From NCBI GenBank assembly GCA_965208125.1, contig OZ242320.1, forward strand, positions 1,728,001 to 1,792,000: a DNA stretch of 64,000 nucleotides, written 5' to 3'. Position numbers and translations under genes: made by a program. Positions 17,372 to 26,302 of this stretch are shown piece after piece. This DNA comes from Candidatus Latescibacterota bacterium. GTDB lineage: Bacteria > Latescibacterota > UBA2968. Numbering within the stretch: position 1 is the first letter of the stretch; every line of letters begins with the position of its first letter. The notes under the pieces are model-generated. The model worked only from the letters and a program-made list of their open reading frames with translations. It was not told the DNA's origin and did not search any database.

Positions 17372-18283
17372 CTAAAAGCCACTCGGCGTATCTTGCAAAA
17401 TGTTTTCAACGCGTTCCAATTCATCATCCGAAAATTCGACATCTGCTGCGCCGACGTGTTCTTTGACCTGATCGGAATTTTTCGCACCAACGAGCACACA
17501 GGTAACTTCCTCGCGGCGAAGAAGCCAGGCAATAGCGAGTTGCACCATCGTGATATTTTTATCGGCAGCAACGGATTTTAACTCATCTGCCACTGCGAGA
17601 TAACGGGCGAAGAGATCACCTTGAAAGCGAGGTGAATTCGCGCGCTCGTCGTCTTCGGAAAATACATGGTTGGGCGCATATTTGCCCGTAAGCAAACCTT
17701 TCCCCAGGGGACTGTGCGCGAGAATACCAATACCCGTTTGTCTGCAAAAACCCAGGTCTTCGGCTTCAATATTCCGGTCAAACATATTGTAGCGCGGTTG
17801 ATTCGAGTGAAATGGCGCAATATCGTACGCCTGTTGCATCTGTGCGGCGTTGAAATTGGAAACCCCGACAAAGCGCGTCTTGCCCTGTTCTTGCAGCCGG
17901 GCCATAGTTTCCATGCTCTCTTCAATAGGATACTGCGGGTTCCAACTGTGGATTTGATACAAATCTACGTAATCGACATCGAGATTTCGCAGACTATTTT
18001 CAATCGCGCTTTCAATATCCCCTCGAGAATACTGACGACTGACTTTCGTCGCCAGAAAACACCGCTCGCGATAGCCATCTTTGAGTGCTCTACCCAATGT
18101 GGCTTCGCTGGTGCGATATGCCTGTGCAGTGTCGAGCAGAGTAATACCGCTGTCAATAGCAGTACGCACAGTATCAATACTATCCCTATCGTCCATATTA
18201 CCCATACCGCCGCCAATGGGCCAGGCACCCAGGCCAATAACCGGGATGTCGGCACCGTCTTTGCCTAATTGTCGATGGTTCAT
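17372..18283 (-). CDS. Aldo/keto reductase
   Basis: IGLGAW, DTAQAY, LATKV, DLYQIH and VGVSNF motifs. Confidence 0.95.
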   Translation of the reverse strand: MNHRQLGKDGADIPVIGLGAWPIGGGMGNMDDRDSIDTVRTAIDSGITLLDTAQAYRTSEATLGRALKDGYRERCFLATKVSRQYSRGDIESAIENSLRNLDVDYVDLYQIHSWNPQYPIEESMETMARLQEQGKTRFVGVSNFNAAQMQQAYDIAPFHSNQPRYNMFDRNIEAEDLGFCRQTGIGILAHSPLGKGLLTGKYAPNHVFSEDDERANSPRFQGDLFARYLAVADELKSVAADKNITMVQLAIAWLLRREEVTCVLVGAKNSDQVKEHVGAADVEFSDDELERVENILQDTPSGF

Positions 18284-18362
18284 ACAGACTCCTTTCAGTG
18301 CTTGATATTAAGCGCGTGATGTGATACCTTGATCTCAACATATTAATCAGAACGGTCTTTTC

Positions 18363-19526
18363 ATGCCACTAATCAATACACCCGACGCACTCGAAACCCT
18401 TGTCCACCGCGCCCTAAACGCGCCCTGTGTGAGCATTGACACGGAATTTGTCTGGGAGCGAACCTATTATCCGCGCCTGGGCATTGTACAGGTGGGACTT
18501 TCAGAAAATGATTGCCACCTGATAGATGCCGTCACATTATCGGATCTATCGCCTTTGGGGATCTTATTATCAGACCCCCACACCGTGAAAATTTTGCACG
18601 ATGCACAGCAAGACCTCTGGATTTTGAGACGCATAACAGATGCTATCCCCTGCAATATATTCGATACGCGTTGTGCAGCGGGCTTCGCGGGTATGAGTTC
18701 AAACCTGTCACTGGGCAATTTATTGCACATGTGTCTCAATATACAACTGCCCAAAACAGAAACGCGCACAGATTGGTTGAGACGGCCATTATCGGATAAA
18801 CAACTCGAATATGCCTTGAATGACGTGCGATATTTGCCCGCCCTTCGCGAACATCTCTTGACCGACATACAGAGACGAGACCGAGAAAACTGGTTGGCAG
18901 AAGAACTCCGCAAATACGATGTTGCCAAATTGTACGATGACCGCACGCCCGAAGAACAATATACGCGCATAAAAGGCACGGGACGACTATCGAGACGCGA
19001 TATGGCCATCGTGCGCGAACTGGCGGCCTGGCGCGAACAAAAGGCTCGACAGGCAGACCGCCCCAGAACCTGGATCATGAGGGATGACGCCATCGTGCAA
19101 ATTGCCCGGCGCAAGCCGCAATCAATTCAGTTGTTAAAACGATTGCGGGGTATCTCAAGATCATCCATAAATCAGTACGGAAATAACCTCCTCAACGCTG
19201 TACAGCGCGGATTGACAATCGACGAAAGAAATTGCCCGCCCATACCGCCACCTGTGCGACCTAATCCCTCTGAAGATGCGCGTCTCGACCTCGCCATGGC
19301 TTTTTTGCGCGGACAGTGTCTATCAGAAGGCATCGATATCGCAATGGTGGCATCTCGATCAGAAGTCAAAGCATTCATTTCAAAAAAAAATGCGACGGAT
19401 AATCCATTGCACACAGGTTGGCGACGCGAATTTTTAGGCGCAGACCTGATCGCACTCTTAAACGGCAAACACGCCATCGGCATCAATCCCAACACGCGCT
19501 TGCCCTGGTTATTGAGGGATACGTAA
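18363..19526 (+). CDS. rnd: Ribonuclease D (DEDDy exonuclease + HRDC)
   Basis: IDTEF.WERTYYP, FDTR and DWLRRPLS...YALNDV motifs; HRDC domain. Confidence 0.92.
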   Translation: MPLINTPDALETLVHRALNAPCVSIDTEFVWERTYYPRLGIVQVGLSENDCHLIDAVTLSDLSPLGILLSDPHTVKILHDAQQDLWILRRITDAIPCNIFDTRCAAGFAGMSSNLSLGNLLHMCLNIQLPKTETRTDWLRRPLSDKQLEYALNDVRYLPALREHLLTDIQRRDRENWLAEELRKYDVAKLYDDRTPEEQYTRIKGTGRLSRRDMAIVRELAAWREQKARQADRPRTWIMRDDAIVQIARRKPQSIQLLKRLRGISRSSINQYGNNLLNAVQRGLTIDERNCPPIPPPVRPNPSEDARLDLAMAFLRGQCLSEGIDIAMVASRSEVKAFISKKNATDNPLHTGWRREFLGADLIALLNGKHAIGINPNTRLPWLLRDT

Positions 19527-19574
19527 ACGACTACTTACTTTTTGCAAGTGGTGTGTCCAGTACGATCGATCTAT

Positions 19575-19928
19575 TTACTCCCGATCAACAACATCTGTTC
19601 CAAAAGCGTTAAGAAGGGCATTAAGCCCTGGGCCGAATGCATTTTCGTGGTCGAGAACCGCTACCTTGCGAGAGGCCATTTCTTCTAAAAGAATAGCCAC
19701 AGGTAGATGGGCGAGTTTTGCGGCAGTCCGCAGGTCAATATGATCTTCCTGATAAGCACGGATAGCTTCTGAAATTCTGAATTGTTTCATACCATCCAAC
19801 ACCCACTCTCGCATAAGTGCGGCTTCAGAATAAGCGGTTTCTCCAACCAGTTCAGACAATTGTTCGGCTTCTTCTGACGTTAGACGAACTGATTTCGTTA
19901 TCCGTTTGGGAGAGGATATAGTATTCAT
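19575..19928 (-). CDS. Putative antitoxin (UPF0175-like, N-terminal RHH-like)
   Basis: SVRLTSEE...AIRAYQEDHIDLRTAAKLA; adjacent to the PIN gene. Confidence 0.65.
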   Translation of the reverse strand: MNTISSPKRITKSVRLTSEEAEQLSELVGETAYSEAALMREWVLDGMKQFRISEAIRAYQEDHIDLRTAAKLAHLPVAILLEEMASRKVAVLDHENAFGPGLNALLNAFGTDVVDRE

Positions 19929-19935
19929 CTTTCTT

Positions 19936-20448
19936 TCACCTTTCATCGCGATTTTGAGCCGCCACCAGCAATGCCTGTCGGGCAACTTGCATCACATAGT
20001 GTCCAGTATTAGAAGTAATAGCATCCAGTTTACCCAAAGCACTATTGTAGGACAGAATATGTGCATGATAAAGATAGACGACAAATTCAGGCACAGTGAC
20101 TGCCTTGATGTTGTGTTGCCTTGCAAATGTAAGTGCGCGTTGCTCGTTGATAAGCAGCCACCAGTTCATTTCTTGTGCTAATGCAAGCGCAGACGCCTCA
20201 CCAGCATGGAATTGGGACAAAGATCTGGCGGGATTGCGAATTGAAAGCAAGCCCTCGTCTTCTAAAATGGTGAACATTTCCTGATAGCCATAAACTCGTT
20301 GTGGATATTGAAGGTCAGGGGCAAGTACTTCGGAACGGACCTTTTCGGGAACGAAGAGATCAAAAAAACGGAAAAGGTAAGACAGCACATCAATGCGATG
20401 TCCCAAAACCCAGAATGAGGTTTCTATAATTGCTGATTGTTTCTCCAT
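19936..20448 (-). CDS. PIN-domain (DUF3368-like) toxin
   Basis: IIETSFW, VPEKVRSE, HAGEASALALA and LLINEQRA motifs. Confidence 0.7.
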   Translation of the reverse strand: MEKQSAIIETSFWVLGHRIDVLSYLFRFFDLFVPEKVRSEVLAPDLQYPQRVYGYQEMFTILEDEGLLSIRNPARSLSQFHAGEASALALAQEMNWWLLINEQRALTFARQHNIKAVTVPEFVVYLYHAHILSYNSALGKLDAITSNTGHYVMQVARQALLVAAQNRDER

Positions 20449-20514
20449 GATGCAAATGTAAACATATGCATCATATATGTCAATAATAAAGGTGAGAGCC
20501 TTTTCATCTCTCGC

Positions 20515-21126
20515 TCACACCTCCTCAACCTGTGCCTGTCCTCTCGTGAGATTCCCCACCGCCTGTTTGAAAGGCACAACCTGTTCTGTGGGCACGGCCA
20601 GTTCGCATGTAATATCGCTCCCAAAATCTTCAGCGACAACACGCACTTCAAAATCCGGAAGCAACCGCTTAAAAGATTCATAGCTCGCATAGCCAATCGT
20701 CGCTAAAACAGCGACGCGCGTCACCCGCTCCGTGCATTGAACCTTCTCAAGCGCGTGTTGAACGCCGCCTGAATAAGCCCGCACAAGTCCGCCCTTACCC
20801 AACTTTGTCCCACCAAAGTACCGCGTGACAACCGCGGTCACATCGCCCAACCTCGAATGCGTCAGCACAGTCAGCATAGGACGACCAGCCGTACCGTGCG
20901 GCTCTCCATCATCGCTCATCCCCACATTGCCAGTCGTGCCTGGTGGCCCGATCAGGAACGCCCAGCAATTGTGTGAAGCGTCTGGAAATTCGGCGCGAAT
21001 TTGATCGATAAACACGCGAGTGTCTTCTCGTGCCGGTGTATGCGCCAGAGTCGTAATAAAGCGACTGCGCTTAATTTCATCCTCTACGCGGCATGTCGCC
21101 GCGGGAATGGGATAGCGATTAGACAT
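20515..21126 (-). CDS. yigZ: YigZ/IMPACT family protein
   Basis: IKRSRFI, ASHNCWA, SDDGEPHGTAG and VTRYFGGTKLGKGGLVRAY motifs. Confidence 0.95.
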   Translation of the reverse strand: MSNRYPIPAATCRVEDEIKRSRFITTLAHTPAREDTRVFIDQIRAEFPDASHNCWAFLIGPPGTTGNVGMSDDGEPHGTAGRPMLTVLTHSRLGDVTAVVTRYFGGTKLGKGGLVRAYSGGVQHALEKVQCTERVTRVAVLATIGYASYESFKRLLPDFEVRVVAEDFGSDITCELAVPTEQVVPFKQAVGNLTRGQAQVEEV

Positions 21127-21148
21127 AGTGGCGACTCACACCTCCTGG

Positions 21149-21204
21149 ATCGCGGCTTTAATCATGCCGCGATGGCGAGGTCGGGAAAAGGATTTTCCTC
21201 TCCC
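21149..21204. repeat. Degenerate REP-like palindromes, same family as 41179-41232
   Basis: ATCGCGGC...GCCGCGAT hairpin, plus TCGGGAAAAGGATTT shared with 41179. Confidence 0.55.
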
Positions 21205-21231
21205 TTCACACTTCCTACTTCACACTTCCCA

Positions 21232-23208
21232 TCACCACCCGTGAACAGAATGCCCTTCTTCCGGAAAAAAGGTAAAATCGACAACAGAAGACACACCAAC
21301 GCCGACGACATAACCGATCACAAGGCCAAAGAACAAAGGGATACAGCGCCGATAGAGCGAAATCCCACCAATGCGCAGAATAATGAGCTTGGACGCCCAG
21401 GTCAGAAAAATACTGAAAGCATAAACCCGAGACCCCGACATCTTCTGAAAAGCCAGACCCAGGGGATGCAAGGGCCACCACGGAACGCGATTGCGAAGAA
21501 GCATAAGCAGACCCGCTTGCCCAAGCCCAAAAATCCAGACCGCTATTTTACCCGGATCAAAAACCGTTTTATCCGCGCCGACAATAGCGGAAACCATGCG
21601 GTCGTACGTGCGAATATTGGACCCGCTAAAACCCGACAGCCCCAGATTTTGACCCGCGTAATTATATCCCAAATGCACAATAAAAAGACAAGACCCGAAG
21701 AACCCCGAGGCAAAAGCCAGCAGAACGATCCAGAAAACCCATCGGCGGCGGACGTCATTTCCCAGAAGTTTGAGGTGATGAGGCAACGCAGGCCATGCGG
21801 GAATGCGCGAATTGCCAAAAAAAGCGCTCGAATTGATCACACCCAGAGCAACGGTATTTTGTTGCGTAAGCGTTGCAGTCCCCGTAAAAATCTCGACAAT
21901 TTGCCCCCCCTTGCCCCCAACCGGAAAAAGATAAGAAAAGCCACTCGCCGCGGTGTATTTTGCCACAGTAAAATACGCTGCATAGAGCAATAAAAGGTGA
22001 AAAAGGGCGAGAAAAGGAGACAAACCCACTGCGATGAACCAGCCAAAAACAAACACAGTCGCCGCAATAAAACCGAGCAAAGATAGACGATACGAAACGA
22101 GACCGTCATCTGCCCCTCCTGTCACCGCTGCGCGAAGAACATGTCGCAAATGGTCCCGCGCGACCCATACCGCCCACACAGCCAGAAAGATAAAAGCACC
22201 GTGAGATTCCAGAATCAGAATCTCACTCGCTTCTGCCTGTTGCCCGGAAAGACCCACATTAAAACCCGTGCGAGCCATCACCCCTTCTTTGACAATGGCG
22301 ATGAGACGAAAAGCCCAGAAACTGAATAGGATATCCAGGTTACACATATAAGTAAGCCCAAAAACAGGTGGCAAAATACGCAAATAAAACGACGGAAAAT
22401 TGCGCGCAATAGGCACCTCTTTGGTCAGGTAACCGTCGTAAATGCCGATTCGAGGCAAGCTAATAGCAAAATAACCGAGGATATTCCAGGCAAAAACACC
22501 GAAAACAATAAAAAAGCCCACCCAGAAGAGTTTATTCCGAAAAATACCGGGTATAACGCGGCCCGGTTCATCAAAGCCCTCGGTCAGTGCAATCGGAAAA
22601 GCCGCAAGAGGAAAAGTGAGACGCTCATTCTCCTCCCATTGCTTTTGAAAAATGACCGCGAGACATAATCCAGCAACAACAAGGGCAATAGACACGGCGA
22701 ACCACCAGTGCAGTGAAGCCAGCCAGCCGCGCCAGGGAATACTCGCGCCCTCGGGAAGCCCTTCGTAATACGTGCGAATAATCTCCGGCGTTGCCTGGGG
22801 CAAACACCACCACGGCAAAATATCAAAAAGGATCTCTTCCCATCGATTTTCGGGCGAGGCGTAATAAAACGGCGTACTGACAATACCGCCCCAGTAGGTC
22901 GTCCATCCACTTGCCGAAACCGTGCCCACAATCCACGACATACTGTAGATGACCAGAAGCTCTGTACTGCGCAAAGCCATGCGCGGCCATGCCAGCTTCA
23001 GAATGAGATTGATCACGAGCCACGCGACAAAGGGCAAAAGCATAGCCATAGACAACTGCGACTTGACCAGCGAAGCAGACCCCAAAATCATGCCCGTGTA
23101 ATCGCTGTAAATATTGAGCAACGCCGCAGTAGCCGTACCCAGTATAATGGACCGAACAGTAATACGTCTCGGACGCGCAGGCTCGGGTTGTGATTGTGCA
23201 AGTGCCAT
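21232..23208 (-). CDS. DUF6785/DUF6784-like multi-pass membrane protein (putative transporter)
   Basis: YYASPENRW, KQWEENERLTFP, WWPLHPLG and PLFFGLVIG motifs; paralog at 54576. Confidence 0.8.
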   Translation of the reverse strand: MALAQSQPEPARPRRITVRSIILGTATAALLNIYSDYTGMILGSASLVKSQLSMAMLLPFVAWLVINLILKLAWPRMALRSTELLVIYSMSWIVGTVSASGWTTYWGGIVSTPFYYASPENRWEEILFDILPWWCLPQATPEIIRTYYEGLPEGASIPWRGWLASLHWWFAVSIALVVAGLCLAVIFQKQWEENERLTFPLAAFPIALTEGFDEPGRVIPGIFRNKLFWVGFFIVFGVFAWNILGYFAISLPRIGIYDGYLTKEVPIARNFPSFYLRILPPVFGLTYMCNLDILFSFWAFRLIAIVKEGVMARTGFNVGLSGQQAEASEILILESHGAFIFLAVWAVWVARDHLRHVLRAAVTGGADDGLVSYRLSLLGFIAATVFVFGWFIAVGLSPFLALFHLLLLYAAYFTVAKYTAASGFSYLFPVGGKGGQIVEIFTGTATLTQQNTVALGVINSSAFFGNSRIPAWPALPHHLKLLGNDVRRRWVFWIVLLAFASGFFGSCLFIVHLGYNYAGQNLGLSGFSGSNIRTYDRMVSAIVGADKTVFDPGKIAVWIFGLGQAGLLMLLRNRVPWWPLHPLGLAFQKMSGSRVYAFSIFLTWASKLIILRIGGISLYRRCIPLFFGLVIGYVVGVGVSSVVDFTFFPEEGHSVHGW

Positions 23209-23445
23209 AAGGTGATAATAAGTTGGCGTTCAAGTATTCAATGATATTGTGAGTAATGATATATTCTGCATTTGTCAAGGATGTATTGTACTGAGACAAA
23301 CCCTGAAAATTGGCTTGCACTTCACCGTTTTGATTGCTATTTTTTTCAAAAGTTACTGACGCGGGAACTGTTGGCATTGCCCCAGCTTTTTGCCGAATTT
23401 GCGGCTGAAGGTCATAGCGGACATCCACTTGCAGGAGAAGAATAG

Positions 23446-24876
23446 ATGAGCACACAACCCAATGGCTTAATAGCCGTGGTGAAACAGGACTGCCCGACCT
23501 GCACCCTCATTGCACCTGTGCTCAGACAAATTGGAAAGCGGGACGATTCACTCGCGGTTTACACCCAGGACAATCCCGATTTTCCCACGGGAATTGCAAA
23601 CCTTATTGACGACACCGGTCTGGAACACTCGTATCGCCTCAATATCGAAACCGTGCCAACCCTACTCCGTTTTGAAAATGGCCGAGAAGTAGCGCGGACT
23701 GTTGGATGGCATCGCGGCGATTGGGAATCCGTATCAGAACTCAGTCCCCTCGGCGCAGACCTGCCCGAATCTCGCCCGGGATGCGGATCAAAAAGCATCG
23801 AACCGGGCATAGCGGAAAAACTCGCCGTCCAATTTGGCGAAACCGTACTCGCCGCCCGGCGCATTGAAGTCGGCGCTCTCGAAGACGAAATAGAAACCTG
23901 TTTTGAGCGCGGCTGGAGCGACGGCCTGCCCGTTGTGCCACCCACCGAAGAACGCATCATGCGCATGCTATCGGGAACGACCCGCTCGCCCGACGAATTG
24001 GTGGGCATCGTCCCCCCCAATTACAACAAATGCACCGTTGAAAAAGTCGCCATCAACGCTGTTCTTGCCGGATGCAAACCCGAATATCTCCCCGTCGTAC
24101 TCGCAGCGGTTGAAACTGCACTCACAGAGGCCTTTTGCATGCACGGACTGCTCGCCACCACATTCTTTGCAGGCCCCATGATCGTCGTCAACGGACCGAT
24201 CACACGCGAAATCGGCATGAACGCGCGGGTCAACGCGCTCGGGCAGGGCAACCGCGCCAACGCGACCATCGGACGCGCCCTTCAACTCGTCATCCGCAAC
24301 ATCGGCGGCGGCGTCCCCGGGGGCATTGATCGCGCCACGCTCGGCAACCCGGGCAAATACACCTTCTGCTTTGCCGAACGCGAAGACGATTCCCCCTGGG
24401 AATCCCTCGCCGTCGAAAGGGGATTCTCACCCGACGCATCCACAGTCTCGCTCTTTGCAGCCAGCGGCGTCACCCCCATCATGGATCAGGCATCCCGAGA
24501 TCCCGACGCCCTGTGCCGATCCTTCGCCGCCTGCCTCAAAGCCGATGGCCATCCCAAACATGCAAACAGCCCGCCCCCCGTACTGGTCATATCGCCAGAA
24601 CACACCCGCCGCTATGCAGACGCAGGCTGGTCAAAAATCCGATTCCGCGACACACTAAATCAGTATCTCCAACTCCCCGTCGCAGAACTGCTCTCAGGCG
24701 CGGGCGGCATCCCGGAAGGCATTTCCGAACAGCGGACAAAAGACAACGAAACACGACCCAAATTTCGCAACAACACATTGCACATCGTCCGCGCAGGCGG
24801 AGACGCGGGCTTATTCTCTGCCCTCATCAGCAGTTGGGGAGGCAGCCAACCCATCACAAAGGAGATCACACCATGA
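23446..24876 (+). CDS. Thioredoxin-like domain fused to a UGSC-partner domain
   Basis: N-terminal CPTC; GWSDGLPVVPPT, TVEKVAINAVLAGC and RANATIGRA motifs. Confidence 0.8.
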   Translation: MSTQPNGLIAVVKQDCPTCTLIAPVLRQIGKRDDSLAVYTQDNPDFPTGIANLIDDTGLEHSYRLNIETVPTLLRFENGREVARTVGWHRGDWESVSELSPLGADLPESRPGCGSKSIEPGIAEKLAVQFGETVLAARRIEVGALEDEIETCFERGWSDGLPVVPPTEERIMRMLSGTTRSPDELVGIVPPNYNKCTVEKVAINAVLAGCKPEYLPVVLAAVETALTEAFCMHGLLATTFFAGPMIVVNGPITREIGMNARVNALGQGNRANATIGRALQLVIRNIGGGVPGGIDRATLGNPGKYTFCFAEREDDSPWESLAVERGFSPDASTVSLFAASGVTPIMDQASRDPDALCRSFAACLKADGHPKHANSPPPVLVISPEHTRRYADAGWSKIRFRDTLNQYLQLPVAELLSGAGGIPEGISEQRTKDNETRPKFRNNTLHIVRAGGDAGLFSALISSWGGSQPITKEITP

Positions 24877-25382
24877 AAATACTCGACCCCACATCCGAGC
24901 AAAAACCAGCACAAAGAGAACGCGTAAAACGCCCGCAATCACTCGACGGACTGACCATTGGGCTTCTCGACATATCCAAAAGCCGGGGCGACGTATTCCT
25001 CGACCGCATCGAAACGCACCTCGCACAGCGCAACCTCAAAGTCAATCGCTACATCAAACCCACATTCACGCGCCCGGCACCCATCGAACTCCAGCAACAA
25101 ATTGCCATTGAATGCGATATCGTCGTCGAGGGCCTGGCCGATTGAGGGTCTTGCACAACGTGCAGTGTGCACGACACGACCAACCTGGAAGCGCGCGGCA
25201 TACCCACCGTCTTTGTCGCATCCGAGCCGTTCCGCGAAGCAGCCGATGCCCAATCGACCGCCCTGGGATTTAATCCCGCTGGCGTCTTCGTCGCCCATCC
25301 TATCCAGGACCGCACCGACGAAGAAATGCAGGCACTCGCCGACGGCGCTATCGAACGCATCTTAAAAAGAATTAGTAAATAA
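24873..25382 (+). CDS. UGSC-family selenoprotein (in-frame UGA 25143-25145 = Sec)
   Basis: ATG 24873 with GGAG RBS; GLAD-UGA-GSCTTCSVHD continues in frame to TAA at 25382. Confidence 0.9.
25146..25178 (+). promoter_or_regulatory. Candidate bacterial SECIS hairpin
   Basis: GTC-TT-GCACA-(ACGTGCAG)-TGTGC-AC-GAC stem-loop immediately 3' of the UGA. Confidence 0.55.
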
Positions 25383-25394
25383 AAAAGGATCTAC

Positions 25395-25793
25395 ATGAAC
25401 GACGAAAAAATCACCAAAACAGACCGAGAATGGCGGGAACAACTCACGCCCGAACAATACTACGTCTGCCGTCAAAAAGGCACGGAACGCGCCTTCACAG
25501 GCATGTACTGGGACTGCCTTGAAGAAGGCGTATATCGCTGTGCATGTTGCAATGCCGAACTCTTCCGCTCAGACCAGAAATTCGACTCGCACTGCGGATG
25601 GCCCAGCTTTTTTGACGCCATTGACCCCGACCGAATCAACCAGCACGAAGACCTGAGCTTTGGCATGCGCCGCATTGAAGTCACCTGCGCCCGCTGCGAT
25701 GCCCACCTGGGTCACATCTTCGACGACGGCCCCGCCCCCACGGGCCTGCGCTATTGCATCAACTCCGTAGCCATTGATCTGGATAAAAAGTGA
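25395..25793 (+). CDS. msrB: Peptide methionine-(R)-sulfoxide reductase
   Basis: [27 protein letters not shown] and RYCINS motifs. Confidence 0.97.
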   Translation: MNDEKITKTDREWREQLTPEQYYVCRQKGTERAFTGMYWDCLEEGVYRCACCNAELFRSDQKFDSHCGWPSFFDAIDPDRINQHEDLSFGMRRIEVTCARCDAHLGHIFDDGPAPTGLRYCINSVAIDLDKK

Positions 25794-25801
25794 GATATTA
25801 G

Positions 25802-25850
25802 CGACCTCCTCGCCCGCCTCAACGAATGGCACGCCTCTGTAACGCAATAA
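25802..25850 (+). pseudogene. 3' end copy of the sulfatase gene (40304-40345)
   Basis: 41/42 nt identical; reads DLLARLNEWHASVTQ*. Confidence 0.9.
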
Positions 25851-25874
25851 GCCCAGCGATCAACGATCAGTAGT

Positions 25875-25930
25875 CAGCCGCGCCAGGGAATGCTCGTGCC
25901 ATCGGGAAGACCTTCGTAATACGTATGAAT
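25875..25930 (-). pseudogene. Diverged internal copy of the DUF6785-like gene (22724-22779)
   Basis: 50/56 nt identical; IHTYYEGLPDGTSIPWRG vs IRTYYEGLPEGASIPWRG. Confidence 0.9.
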
Positions 25931-26001
25931 TTTTTTCTTTCCTAAAAACGCGACCTGTTCTACATTAGCAGTCCAACGCTTCATTTCCCCGCAATATTTT
26001 G

Positions 26002-26053
26002 TATATCCCCTATATCCCCTATATCCCCTATATCCCTATATCCCTATATCCCC
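26002..26053. repeat. TATATCCC(C) tandem repeat, 6 units
   Basis: 3 x 9-mer, 2 x 8-mer, 1 x 9-mer, upstream of the giant adhesin. Confidence 0.9.
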
Positions 26054-26148
26054 TCTTGTGGTTTTTATTTCAGCCATTGGTTTGTATATCATCTATCTGT
26101 CATAAAAATTAGACGTTATACCATCTAAGACAAGAATCTCTGTCTGGA

Positions 26149-26178
26149 TTGTTTTTATTATATATTAAATAAAAACAA
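26149..26178. promoter_or_regulatory. AT-rich palindrome (operator candidate)
   Basis: TTGTTTTTATT-N8-AATAAAAACAA. Confidence 0.45.
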
Positions 26179-26210
26179 TAATTTATGAATATATTGAGAG
26201 AGTGGGATTG

Positions 26211-26277
26211 TTCACTCGCGGTTTACACCCAAGACAATCCCAATTTTCTCACTGGTATTACAAACTTTTAGACGACA
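26211..26277 (+). pseudogene. Diverged copy of part of the thioredoxin-like gene (23547-23614)
   Basis: TTCACTCGCGGTTTACACCCA identical start, then diverged with a 1-nt deletion, ending GACGACA. Confidence 0.85.
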
Positions 26278-26302
26278 AAAGAGAGCCTCAAGGACCCAAA
26301 AA

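Noticed and set aside
21001-21993. 330-aa plus-strand ORF
   Set aside because: Antisense shadow of the DUF6785-like membrane gene
24513-25145. 210-aa ORF and separate 71-aa ORF (25167-25382)
   Set aside because: These are the two halves of the UGSC selenoprotein; the real start is 24873
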